A stretch of DNA of 58,991 nt, the filler included, from Circinaria calcarea (Eukaryota): assembly GCA_051942165.1 (NCBI GenBank). It is 10 parts of 10 records of this genome, joined end to end, with 100 filler letters (N's around TTAATTAATTAA, not from the genome) between each part and the next. Parts side by side here need not be neighbours in the genome. Positions count along the whole stretch, not along the records: positions 1 to 5,828 come from JAVECS010001771.1; positions 5,929 to 11,752 come from JAVECS010001772.1; 8 more parts are not named here. One strand, 5' to 3'. Below, in pieces: positions 1 through 11,852 of the stretch (the first letter of the stretch is position 1; each line of letters opens with the position of its first letter). The translations under genes and the position numbers were made by a program. Below the pieces are notes generated by a model. That model worked only from the letters and a program-made list of their open reading frames with translations, had not been told where the DNA came from and did no database searches.

Positions 1-569
1 GGAAGGGGGAGGGGAGGAAGAGGGTACAAAGAAAAAAAAGAAAAAAGGTAAGGGATTTCATTCACAAGCGGAGTGCGCACAAGAGAAGTCTGACAGACAG
101 AGCTTTGCGGGTAAATACTAATGTAAAAACTATCATAGTAAAGCGACAGACTTGGATGTCACGCATGGGCATGCTTATAGCGCCGACGGCCGGTAATTTT
201 CTTCATATTGCCAGTTGCTGTACCTTTGGAAGATGTCTTTTCTCGAGATGTCAGCGGCCTTTTACTTGATTTCAAAATGGCAGTAATTAATGGCTGACCC
301 GTATAATCTTGTGATAAAACCGAATCCAACGCCAGAATCAGCTGTAGAAAAAATCTCCACTGTCGGGAAAAAAATGCTAATAACCAAAGCAATTTGACTA
401 TGGTTCAGGAAACAGCGAGAAAAATCGAGGGGATTTAAATATTGCTCCTTCTGTGGCTTCTAAGCAGGCGGAAGTGATTACCTCGACTCCAAAGCGCTCT
501 ATTGAACGGCGCGCAGTATAGCTCCTCCAGGCGTAGCTTGCTCTATAAACTAGTGATGGTGCGTATCTA

Positions 570-3500
570 TTAACCCGTTAAAGGTGTCATATACGTCCCC
601 CCGTAGCTTTGCAGCAACTTTTCGATTTGATGATACATTTTGAGAATATGACTCAAATCCGCTATGCTGATATCCCACTCCTTTTTCTCCATGTTCCTTT
701 CAATCTTCAAACGCATGTATAACGCACAATCCAATGGCGTGCCAAATGTCATGAACCGCGCAGACGAGTTGTAGCACCAGAGGTAATTGTCATATAGCAT
801 CTCGTCTCGTGGTGTGTTATACTTTGTGTTAGCCTTGAGACGATGCTTCCGATCCATTTTGCTCTGGTCAGCGTATTCTCGGAAAACGTTGGGCTTTACT
901 CCACATTTCAGCAAGACATCCACAACGCTGGGTAAGCCAGCGTAAGCGGCATAGTGCAGTAAGGTGCCTCCCTCCTCGTCGACTTGCTCCAGCATCCCAG
1001 GATGTGTGACCGGGAATGAGGATAGGACGTGTTTCTGGATTATAGACTTTATCTGATATTCAAAGAAGATCGAATGTGCGCGATCATTCCGAGACATCAC
1101 ATCCAATATGCGATGCTGCCTCACAAGCATGGCAATAACGTTTAATCCGAGGATGTGTTCGGTGGGTTGGGCCCCAGCTCCTAATAAGATATCGACCACA
1201 TCTAGGGATGAATAGGCTGCTGCTGCCAAGGGTATTTCCCTACTTAAGAAGTCGTGAACTGGTCTAGCACCATTGTCAAGCAGAACTTGGGCGATCAGAG
1301 GGAGCCTTTCTGGTTTCACTACGGGATCCAGGCTTCGAGGCAATTGAGCAAGTGCAGTGAGACCTTGATCGTTCCTGATGTTAGGGTCGGCGCCGCATTG
1401 CAACAATGCAACAACAGCATCGAGGTCACCTTTGCGGACAGCTAACATAAGAGGCGTAAAACCTCCCCGGTTGTCCCCAGGGAACTTTGTATAGTCCAAG
1501 CAATTTGTCAGAATGTCAATTTGGCCACCCATTGCCTGTAATGCTTCTATCGTTTGGCGAATGCTGCTTTGGCGATTTGCAGAGGATCCGCTAAACGCAG
1601 GATACCACAATCGAGTATTAGCGAAAGTCCGACCAACCCAGTTGTATTCTAGGCGATGGAATGGTGTATAGCCCTCCTCGTGGGTCTGCGAAATATCCAC
1701 GGTGTTGTTATGCGGAGCGATGATGGCTCGCAGAATTTGCCAGTCGTGGTTCGTTGCGGTTATATCCAGCATACTAAGACCTGCAACTGGGCTAGCCGGA
1801 AAGGAGTAGTCACCTTGGCCTTGCTCTCCATACACCTCCATATCCCGTACGTTCGTATCATCAATGTAAGAATCGACTTGGTTCCGCAAGCCAGCATCAG
1901 CGCCGATAGATAGAAGTGCAGTAGCTGCAGTTGGGTTTCTTGCGGTGACGGCCCAGTGTAAAGGAGATCCACGGGGCCATTTGAATGGAAAATGGTGGTT
2001 GAAATGTGGCTTTTGAGCCATGGCATTGGGATTTCCTCCGTGAGCCAGCAATAGGCCCGCAACCTCTTGGATGTATTCAGTGGGAAAGTTGAAAAGCCAG
2101 TGCAAGCATGTAACCCCTCTTGACTGCTCAGCAATCGAAGCGTCAGCGCCGTTACGACATAAAACTCTCACAATTTCCACAGATCCCGTCTGGCAAGCTA
2201 GATACAATGCTGTCACTCCCCACAGGTTAATTGTATTGAGAGGAACTTTGATACTGCCAAGCAGTTCTTTGAGCATTTCAAAATTCGCTTCCACCGCCAG
2301 GAAGCTGCAAAGATTCGACTTATCAGTATCACTAGGATTCATTAGTAAAAGCACTGGGATAGGGACTTTCGTCAATTCGGTAGTGGGTATTCGATCGACG
2401 TGATGTTGATTGTAGCCTCCATGCTTGCGAAAGATTTGAACGGCACTTCTCGCCAAAGAGGGGTCGATGTCCCTTAGATCATCTAGAGCTAAGATTGACC
2501 CGGTAGATGCCCCATTATAAAGCCACTGCCTAACCGTCTCGCTGGTGACCTCCTCTGGCCATAATAGATTATACGATGCAAAAACTCTATTAATAATTGC
2601 TTGAGCAGGTATGAAGCCTCTCCCCGCTGATTTCAAAAGAGCTTGTATGTAAAAATTGTTAATATCCGGGCTGGGCTCTGGTATAGTAGTGAATGAACTA
2701 ATAAGAAATATAGCAAAAAGCTCACCCGCAGACATTGAATCTCGGTGGTAATAAACGCTGTCTCTCAATCCCTGGACTATATAGTGATTTATCTTGGGCA
2801 AAGACCATTCGTGATTGAGGACTGACGACGAATCTTCGAAAACAACATCCGGCCAGTACGATCCGCTGTTCTTGAGATCTACGCCTAGTTTTATGCTGTT
2901 GATATTATTATCTTGGATCCTGAGTAAAATTCATATTAGTTAACGAAAGGAATTAAGTCGATCTGAAAATAATATACCATATTTGATAACTTGGGCTATT
3001 GTCTTTCAGAAGATCTGCCGTGTAATATGGCCTGTCCAAACCACGAAATTCTAAAAGGGACTTCAACGCGGCAGATGAAGTCGCGCGCAGAAACGGCGGC
3101 ATCTCAGATATAGACTGGAGAGCATCGATCGCGCAATGGCCAGCTCTTGCTCCCCTGTTTCTAGGTGGAGCTCTCCCGTTAAAGCACAGCATACTCCAAA
3201 TTATCAAGCCGAATGAGTAGTTGTCGGCCTTATAGTATTCGGTTATTGAAAGCTCTGTTCCATATCCATCAATCTCCGGCGCATTCCAGCCGGGAGTATA
3301 CGCCGCCACCTTGATAGATTTAAGGCCCAGATTCTGAGTTTCAACTACAGAGAACCCAAAATCTGCAAGTTTGGCTATCAAGGGGACCTCAGTGGCGGAA
3401 TTAACAAAGACAAGCACGTTTGATGGCTTCAAATCTCCATGAATAATGCCGTTCTCGTGCAAGGCATCTAATCCGGCTCCTATATCCAGGCACAAATGGT

Positions 3501-4200
3501 ATCTTACACTCCAATTCAAACGGTCATCACCACTGAGCAGAAAGTTTCCCAAATCAGCAAGAGCAAACTCCAGGACAAGAAGCGGCGCCCGATGCCAGTC
3601 AGTATTTGATGACCACCCAATCAGTTTAACAATATTTCTATGTGCCCTGAGAACTGGATGGCGGAGTGCGAGGATTTCCAAGTGCATGTCATGCAGCTGC
3701 TTGCTTGCACCTTCAGCCGAAAGATCTAAGCGAATGGAATTATCAACTTGGAAGAAGCTCCTTTTCACTGCGACAGTTTGAGACGCTACATCCAATCCAG
3801 GGGCGGCTTTGCGGATCATATTCTTGTAAACAGTGAACTGGCTGCCTTTGCCGATAGGGTCACGAAGATGGTCCTCAATAGAGAGTGGACCATCGACAGA
3901 AAGTTCTTTGAAGGTGTGCAAGAGGTCATGAATGGTGCTTAGGGAGCGCGTGCCTGCCTTGCTAAGATCCTTCAGATCCGCGGCCAGTGGTGCCTGCCTA
4001 CCTGGCCCTTTGGCGGGAGCGCTCAGTAGTTCGTTGTATGCACTATCGGCTTTGTTGGATACCGAAGCTGATTCAGATAGAATTGCAGTGGACGACGGAA
4101 TAAGCACTAGATCTTGATCACTGGCATCGCTAAGATAGAGAGTGTCATTTGGGATTCCAGCTGGGATTGCGAACTCGAGGTCTACCATGTCACAGCCCAT
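570..4200 (-). CDS. Ser/Thr protein kinase - Sel1-like helical region - ankyrin repeat protein (~1190 aa; exons 4200-2978 and 2919-570)
   Basis: Kinase motifs intact: IGKGSQFTVY, VAVK, HRNIVKLIGW, HGDLKPSN, DFG, WNAPE, ADNYSFG. A 58-nt intron at 2977-2920 (GTATAT...ACTAAT...CAG) joins ORF 2953-4200 in frame to ORF 570-2801. The second ORF carries ankyrin motifs (GVTALYLAC, GSPLHWAV, GFTPLMLAV, GGTLLHYAA) preceded by Sel1-like segments (LLKSAGRGFIPAQ; WLYNGASTGSILA). Confidence 0.88.
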
Positions 4201-4670
4201 GATGATGTTTAATTACCAGGCTTCGGATGTAATCAAGAGCTATTCTTAGATACCGTCGACGCTGGGCAATGAATTACTGCTTGTCCACAAAAGTTATAAG
4301 TATTACAATGTGGAAAGATTGACTGCCTTGTAGTAGTAAAAGAAAGTGGAAAAGCGCTCGTCAAAGAGCAAAATGCAGCTCATGCTCGCTGGACCCTGAA
4401 TGTAACTCCACCACGAGTACGCACACTAGCCCACCAATAACAGGGCATTGGTGACACACTCTGACAGTACCGTAGTAAGCTCCAAGACATCATCCCTAAT
4501 ATAAATGACAAGGCTGGGACAACTGCTTACCTTAAAGCATGAGGTGCAGATGTGGCGTATTCCGCTTGGCCACCAGCTTCTAAACTCAGCGTCAACAGCT
4601 CAGCATCTGCAGACAAATCTACGGACTGTGCCGTTTAATTTCCCAACTTCTTATACAGACAACCAGCAGC
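4201..4670. promoter_or_regulatory. 470-bp divergent intergenic region, probable shared promoter
   Basis: Lies between ATG 4200 (-) and ATG 4671 (+). TATA-like TAATATAAA near 4497-4505. Function is inferred from geometry only. Confidence 0.4.
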
Positions 4671-5828
4671 ATGCCCGCCTCCGAGGGTATTCTCGGTGTT
4701 GCTTTAGCAATCCCTGGCATTATAGACTTGTGCATTAAATACGGCAAAATGCTCGAGCGAAAAATCAGATTATTTGTGAACAGCGAAGAGCATATGCGTC
4801 TAAAATCGTTTATTCTCCAGCTTATAAATGGAGGTCTAAACGACATGTTATCTTATTTCACAGAGGAGAGCCAGATTCTTACCCGTTCGTTTGCGACTGA
4901 CTTGAGTGACTTGACGCGGCAATTACAAAACTTACTGTTGAAAGCTATTGAGGCCTTCCCACAAGATGCAATTGCAGAACATAAAGGGAGAATGTCAAAG
5001 TTAAAATTTGCGCTATATGACGCCAAGCGAATTGATGAGGCATCGGAGGAGCTGGAGGTATGGTATACTCGGTTCAAGTTACGTGCGGATATCTACGTGA
5101 CCTATGTCCTCCACCCAAAGATGGAACGTAGGCAGATCTCGAGCTTAGACCCAAGGGTGAAACCGAGTGTTACTTCGTCGGAGACCAGGCTCGAACGTCT
5201 CGGCCAAGGCCGCCGTATCGTCAGCAGCCCATTGTTGCTCGACTCCACATCTGGGATGGAGTATCGCCAACTTGCCAACTCCCCATTATGGATACTCAAG
5301 TCCCAATCATCCGCTTCGGACTCACTTGTGGAGTACCGAAGCTACCAAGGCAGCTCTCAAGACGAAATCCACACCACCCGCCTCACAGTTCGCAAGATCG
5401 CCCAAAAGCTCCGTGAGGTTGAATCCACCCAAGGTATTCTGCCTTGTCTAGGCTTCTCCGAAGAGCCTATTGACGACCGCTTCGCCCTTCACTTCTCCCC
5501 TCCCCTTAACGCGGACAACCCCCAGTCCCTACGGACTCTACTCGCAGATCCCCGGAACAAAGATAAGACAATTGGAAAGCAGCATTCGATCACCAATCGA
5601 GTGCATCTCGCGCAAGCGATTGCGTCTTCAGTTGGATATGTGCACTCCTTTGAATTTGTACATAAAAACATCCGCCCAGAGAACATCATCATCTTCGAGC
5701 CCCAGCTGTCAGGCGTCTCCGCAATCGAGCAATCACCACAGCGCTTCCCCTTCAAGATCGGCGAGCCGTACCTAGTAGGCTACGATGATGCGCGGCACGA
5801 GGTCGCCGAAACGCGTTATCTAGAAGCC
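4671..5828 (+). CDS. Putative HeLo/HeLo-like N-terminal helical domain + pseudokinase protein (MLKL-like architecture); 3'-truncated by contig end
   Basis: N-terminus MPASEGILGVALAIPGIIDLCIKYG is a Gly-containing hydrophobic helix followed by ~130 helical-looking residues, as in HeLo/HELL/SesA-type domains. The C-terminal half has kinase-fold motifs (GILPCLGF, RVHLAQAIASSVGYVH, FVHKNIRPENIIIF, PYLVGYD) lacking the catalytic HRD Asp and the DFG. Confidence 0.72.
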
Positions 5829-5928
5829 NNNNNNNNNNNNNNNNNNNNNNNNNNNNNNNNNNNNNNNNNNNNTTAATTAATTAANNNNNNNNNNNNNNNN
5901 NNNNNNNNNNNNNNNNNNNNNNNNNNNN
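5829..5928. other. Artificial contig linker (44N-TTAATTAATTAA-44N)
   Basis: Identical 100-nt spacer with stops in all six frames, seen 9 times in the window. Confidence 0.99.
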
Positions 5929-6821
5929 CACCCCTACTCCCCCGCCTCTACAAATCCTCCACAAATCCACAACCCATCCTACGCCTGCAAAATCCCATCT
6001 ATCTATCCTCCCACTACTCCTACTCCTACTCCAACTCCCCCTCCAACTCCAAGCCACCTCTATAAATCCTTGCAGTATGTGTGCAAACGAAACAGATCCC
6101 AAGGACCCGCAGAGCGGAGCGGCAAGGGGGGAGGCATTTCCCTCTCTCTCCACGTAGTCTAGTAAAGTTTCAAGTTTCCATAGTGCGACCATAGACCGGT
6201 TGGGAAGGTTTTGCTCGGACGGGAATCGGATGGTGCCGTTGTTCAGCTGCGCGCGAAGTGGAGTGTGGTGAGTGGTGAGGGAGTGGAGGTTGAGGGAGTG
6301 GGTGTTGAGTTGATTCAGGATGAGATTTTATTGATTACGGTTTGTATCGAAGAGAGGACTGCATGCGGGTGGTAGTATTAGCTACTGCCTATCTAACGAT
6401 CTAAAGGTTTCCGTCTATCCAAGTCTTCGCTTCTTCTCACCTCTATTATTTTAGCATCTCCATCCTCCGCATACCCCCCCGCACCCCCCTCCCCAGTTTC
6501 ACCCGTCTCAGGCTCACCGTTCAGCCCGAAAAGTCCAGGCATAGGCTGCTAGTATACCGAATCATATCTTCTTCACTAAGTAATCCAGCCAAGCCAGCGA
6601 GATCCATTTTCGGGTACTCCAGTCACTTTGGAGCCTTTGGGAGCTTATATTATTCCATCAGCACCGGTTTCATCGTCAGGTTCAGTTCCCGCAGACGATA
6701 TCATCGGGTCTTTCCTCTTTCCTTGATCCTCCAAGCCGGGCGGTTCTTATGACGGCTGTTAAAGCGTTAGGATCCAAGGAAGCTACTAATGCGTCATCGT
6801 TCGAAAACGCATATTTCTATT

Positions 6822-8203
6822 TCATGTCAAAAGTATATCATAGCCGTCTTTTTCAATTCTCACAGCCTCGGATTCATCGGCATATCTTCGTCGGACAAGT
6901 TCGAAAATGACAAGTCCAGCACTGGTGCTGGGAACTTGCCTGAGGGTGTTTGTTAGGAAACCCCGGTAAAGCCATGTTCTCCAGCCTCCAAAACGCCGTG
7001 CTAGCACAGAACATTCTAAATATGTTTTCTCATAAGCTTGACGGTAGTTTCTCACTGTCTGCGAGCTTGAAGCTGTGGATCGCGCGAGGAGCTCAAGTGT
7101 CTCTAGTCTACCATAGTGAACTTCTTGAATTAAAGCCAATAGATACTGGACCAGCTGCTGAATAATCGTGGCAGACATACCAGCTAGGAGCAAGAATGTC
7201 GGTTCAATAGTATAGTGAGGTTTAATTGTCTTCGTGCCACCCTCACTATCCGGTCCACGTCGATACGAATCGTCGATTGTATGCGGCTGAATGCCACCGT
7301 AGTACCTTGTGACGAAGGCGTAGAAGCTTTGCGCCTTTATATACTCAAAGGTCGAAAAGAAGACCCCGAATCCTAGAGAATCTTTTAAGAAGGATAAGCC
7401 CCACCCGGCATAAGCACCGCGAACTCCAATGTCTTGCAGCTTGTGTTTCCCATACTGCCATATATGTTTGTAACGCCCTTCTAGTATTTCGCTAGTTTTG
7501 AAACGAACCTGTAAAGCATCGAGGGGAGCAGCAACGACGGATTGTATAGTTCCAGCAGCAAACCCAGCTCTAAAGGTGTCTCGAACTGGTGGTGGGGGAT
7601 ATATCCGTTTGGTTGACTCAGAGGATGGACCATAAAGAGACCCTAATATTTGAAGGTAGGAGGTGTAGAGAACCGCCCTAATGCTAAGAAGTCGTTAATG
7701 ACACCGTATTTTCGTTGGCAGTCTGACTTACCTGATATTAGCCAAGAGTGGAGGCAAAACTTGATTGGGAATGAAAGCCCAACCATAAGTCTTGACGGCG
7801 TGACCCAGTAAACCCGGTGTGCTCATGCGCCATGACCATGATTCCTTTGCTTGAACGCGTGGGTTTATCGCCTTCGTAAATGCCTCGAGAATGTTAGCCC
7901 ATTTCAAGGCTGAGGCTGAAGAGTTCTGTTATACCAGATAACTGTTAAGTGATGAGCTGAAAATCGGCCAAGCCTCGAGGTATTCTGGACTTACTCCACA
8001 CGAGTCCGGAAGAAGGCTTTTGCGGGTGCTCTGAAGTAGAAGGCTACCATCCGTGAGGCAACAGCTCGTACACCCGCAGCAGATGCACCCGTGGCAGCAT
8101 TGTTCTTAGTATCCTTCTGTTGCACCTGTTCGGATTTTGGAACCAATCGAGGTGATTGGTCCTTGCTGATCTGCGCCGTGGATGCAACTCTCCCTTCGAC
8201 CAT
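6822..8203 (-). CDS. Mitochondrial carrier family protein (fungal), spliced, with a 7-nt micro-exon
   Basis: Spliced reading: GVRAVASRMVAFYFRAPAKAFFRTRV-DYL-AFTKAINP...PNQVLPPLLANI-SIRAVLYTSYL...AGFAAGTIQSVVAAPLDALQVRF (carrier Px[DE]xx[KR]-like signature)...WLYRGFLTNTLRQVPSTSAGLVIFELVRR. Start ATG 8203 is the most plausible choice. Confidence 0.8.
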
Positions 8204-8573
8204 ACTGGTGTGGAAAGAATGGCCTCGAAGGTCATGGTTAATACCTAGCCAATGGTACAATTGGATATCATAGCCGAACCCTCGTGGTGACTGTATATTC
8301 TTCTTGAGCGGTTTTAACTTATCCAAACATCCTCTCTGACATGTGATAGAATATGTCGTCCAGCGTTAAAGAAACGCCAAATTTTGACGCTAAACGCTAT
8401 TGAGCAAGCTGCCGTCTGCCACTTAAACGCGCTTCACGACATTTCACATATTGTTACTGCCGGTCATCCTCATTTTCTGTTCACTTCATTGATTTCTTTT
8501 CCTTCAACACCTCATTCAGACTTGGTTTCCAGGTCGCCCACACCCATCCTCTTACATTTGTAAGTTTGAGAAA

Positions 8574-11500
8574 ATGGCGGACGAGGTCAAAATCGACAAG
8601 CAGACTTTCCAGGATCGGCTGTCACAATTCATTTCAGCATGGAAAGCGGACAAGAGATCTGGCGACGCCCTGTTCGGAGGCGTGGGATCCATAGTCATCT
8701 TGATGGGCAAGGTCGAAGATCCCTCCACTTCGACCTTCAAAAAGAATAATGCTATGCATGTAAGGGCTTCCCTTCGTAAACTGGGTTTCTCTTGTGCTGA
8801 CTTTCTGTACAGTTCTGGCTCCTTGGATACGAATTCCCTGCGACACTCCTAGTCTTTACCACTGAAACCCTCTTTATAATCACCACAATCAAAAAAGGTG
8901 CGGTTGAATACTCAGAGCTACGTTTAGTTTTGGCTAAATTATGGTGTCGCAATTAGCAAAGCATCTTGAGCCTCTTAAAGGTGGCAAAATACCTATCGAG
9001 ATTCTGGTGCGAGGCAAGGATGCGGAGCAAAACAACAAGCATTGGGAAACATGCATAGATGCGATCAAGGCTGCCGGGGTAGGCTAGATTCTTGCGGCAG
9101 AGCTCTGCAGTAGCTAAAATGGTAGTAGAATAAAGTCGGTACGATCGCAAAGGACACATCTTCTGGCCCATTCGCAGACGAATGGAGGAAGGCATTCAGC
9201 GAGCATTCGAAGGAGTTAGAGGAGGTTGACATCTCGAATGCCTTGTCTGCAGCAGCTTTGTCCGTTCAGGATGAGAATGAACTCGTTTGTCTTAGGTGAT
9301 CCGCACCAGTACAACCGAGCTAACAGAGAATAGCGTTCAATCCGTAATGCTTCGAAAGCATGTACCAGTCTTATCGCCGAATTCTTTGTGGAAGAAATGT
9401 CAGAAGTCTTGGACGAAGAGAAGAAAGTGACTCATAAGCAACTCTCGGACCGCATAGACAAGAAAATCGATGACCGAAACTTCTTCATCAACTCCAAATC
9501 GAAGCTCCCAGCAGATTTTGACGCTGAGCAGCTCGAATGGGTTTATGGGCCCACGATACAAAGTGGCGGAAATTACGATCTAAAACTCACCGCGCTATCA
9601 GATGATAATAACTTGCATGCCGGTACAATCATTGCAGGTCTTGGGCTACGTTACAAGAATTATTGCTCAATGGTCGCTCGTTCTTACCTTGTCGACCCTA
9701 ACAAATCACAAGAGAGTAACTACAAATTGCTCTTGAGTATTCACAATGCCGTAATTACGGAGGCGCAAGAAGGTGTGGCTGTCAAGGACCTTTACAACAA
9801 AGCTCTAGGCATCATTCGCACGAAGAAACCTGATATGGAGAAGCACTTTCTGAAAAATGTAGGAGGTGGCATTGGCATTGAAACGCGAGATACTACCTTG
9901 GTCCTGAACGGTAAAAACACTCGGACATTGAGGGACGGTATGACGCTGTGCATCACGACAGGCTTTAGCGACATTACAAATCCCGAACCTCAGGATAAGA
10001 AGAGTAATACATACTCTCTGCTTATCACAGACACAATCAGGATAAGGAGAGGCGCCGAGAATGTCATCTTTACCAGCTCTGCGCCTTCGGACCTTGAATC
10101 TACATCATTTTTCTTCAAAGATGATGACGAAGCAGTGCAGGAAGCACCCAAAAGCAAGTCTAAGAAGGATCCCAAGGTTGGCGCTGTTGCTGCCAGTAAC
10201 ATTACCAAGACAAAACTCCGTGCCGAACGTAACACTCAGGTTGATGACGGTGCTGAAGCAAAGCGACGAGAGCACCAGAAGGAGCTAGCTCAGAAAAAGC
10301 AGATGGAGGGTCTCCAGCGGTACAGTGAAGCCACCAGCGATCAGAACGGCGTTGTTCAGAAGAAGTTCAAACGTTTCGAGTCGTACAAGCGTGATAACCA
10401 ATTCCCCTCGAGAGTCAAAGACCTTGTTATTGTCGTCGATCAAAAGGCTGCCACAGTCGTGTTACCAATCATGGGCCGTCCCGTACCATTTCATATCAAC
10501 ACTATCAAGAACGCCAGCAAAAGCGATGAAGGGGAATTTACATTTCTGCGCATCAACTTTTTATCCCCTGGGCAAGGCGTCGGCAGGAAGGACGATCAAC
10601 CATTCGAAGACCCATCTGCTCATTTCGTACGCAGTCTCACATTCCGATCTAAGGATGCCGTCAGAATGCAAGATATATCTGAGCAGATCACTGAGTTGAG
10701 GAAGAATATGGTTCGCCGAGAGAACGAGAAGAAGGAAATGGAAGACGTGGTGGAGCAGGACAAGCTCACTGAAATCAGAAGTCCGTCTTTCAATCCACAG
10801 CCATTCCGTACCTGCTTGCTGATATTAGTCTAGACCGCAAACCAGTTCGACTCGAAAACGTTCTCGTTCGCCCTGCTATGGACGGCAAACGTGTATCTGG
10901 CGAAGTAGAGATTCACCAAAACGGTTTACGCTATCGCGATCACCGTGGAAACAACATTGACGTTGTCTTCAGCAATGTTCGACATCTGTTTTTCCAGCCC
11001 TGTGCACACGAACTAATTGTCATTATCCATGTCCATCTGAAAAATCCGATCATGATTGGGAAGAAGAAGGCCAAAGACCTCCAGTTCTACCGGGAAGCCA
11101 GCGATATGCAATTCGACGAGACGGGCAATCGTAAGCGAAAGCACCGTATGCACGATGAGGAAGAATTTGAACAGGAGCAGGAAGAGAGAAGGCGGCGTGC
11201 TGCACTCGACAGGGAATTCAAGAACTTCGCCGAAAAAGTGCAAAATGCAGCCCAAGAGGACGGTGTGAGTGTCGATATCCCGGTTCGCGACCTTGGATTC
11301 AACGGGGTCCCCAATCGCTCGAATGTCTTCATGCAACCAACTACCGACTGCTTGGTCCAGCTCTCCGAACCTCCCTTCACCGTCATCACCCTGGACGAAA
11401 TCGAGATTGCCCATCTCGAACGTGTGCAATTCGGTCTCAAGAACTTCGACATGGTCTTTGTTTTCAAAGATTTCCACCGCGCTCCCGCACATATAAACAC

Positions 11501-11752
11501 CATCCCCGTCGAATCCCTGGAGAGCGTCAAAGACTGGCTCAACTCGGTTGACATCCCTTACTTCGAAGGGCCCCTGAACCTTAATTGGGGTGCTATCATG
11601 AAGACCGTTATCGCCGATCCCCATGAGTTCTTCGCCAACGGCGGATGGGAGTTCCTGGGTAACGGGTCCGACGACGAAGACCAATCCGAAGAGGAAGAAG
11701 AATCCGCGTTCGAGATGAGCGATAGCGAATTGGCAGTTTCAGACGAGAGTTC
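8574..11752 (+). CDS. SPT16: FACT complex subunit Spt16, multi-exon, 3'-truncated in the acidic tail
   Basis: N-terminal peptidase-like domain ([15 protein letters not shown] after splicing), [65 protein letters not shown] and an acidic tail. GT-AG introns link the ORF pieces. Confidence 0.97.
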
Positions 11753-11852
11753 NNNNNNNNNNNNNNNNNNNNNNNNNNNNNNNNNNNNNNNNNNNNTTAA
11801 TTAATTAANNNNNNNNNNNNNNNNNNNNNNNNNNNNNNNNNNNNNNNNNNNN
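11753..11852. other. Artificial contig linker
   Basis: 44N-TTAATTAATTAA-44N. Confidence 0.99.

Noticed and set aside
5873..5884. TTAATTAATTAA recurring about every 5.9 kb as a biological periodic motif or piggyBac-like TTAA site
   Set aside because: Always centred in 44+44 N; it is a six-frame stop spacer from assembly concatenation.
5929..6192. Minus-strand ORF MVALWKLETLLDY... running into the gap
   Set aside because: Could be the first exon of a truncated gene, but it is short, low-complexity and has no recognisable motif.
8204..8573. Divergent pairs carrier/SPT16 and MSY1/GH36 as functional modules
   Set aside because: Short head-to-head spacing is common in compact fungal genomes and the partners have no evident functional link. 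The same caveat means geometry alone does not prove the contig-1 module.
11013..11684. 223-aa antisense ORF, and similar shadow ORFs over MPG1, SET2, GH36 and the coiled-coil gene
   Set aside because: Opposite-strand or off-frame by-products of codon bias in well-supported genes.
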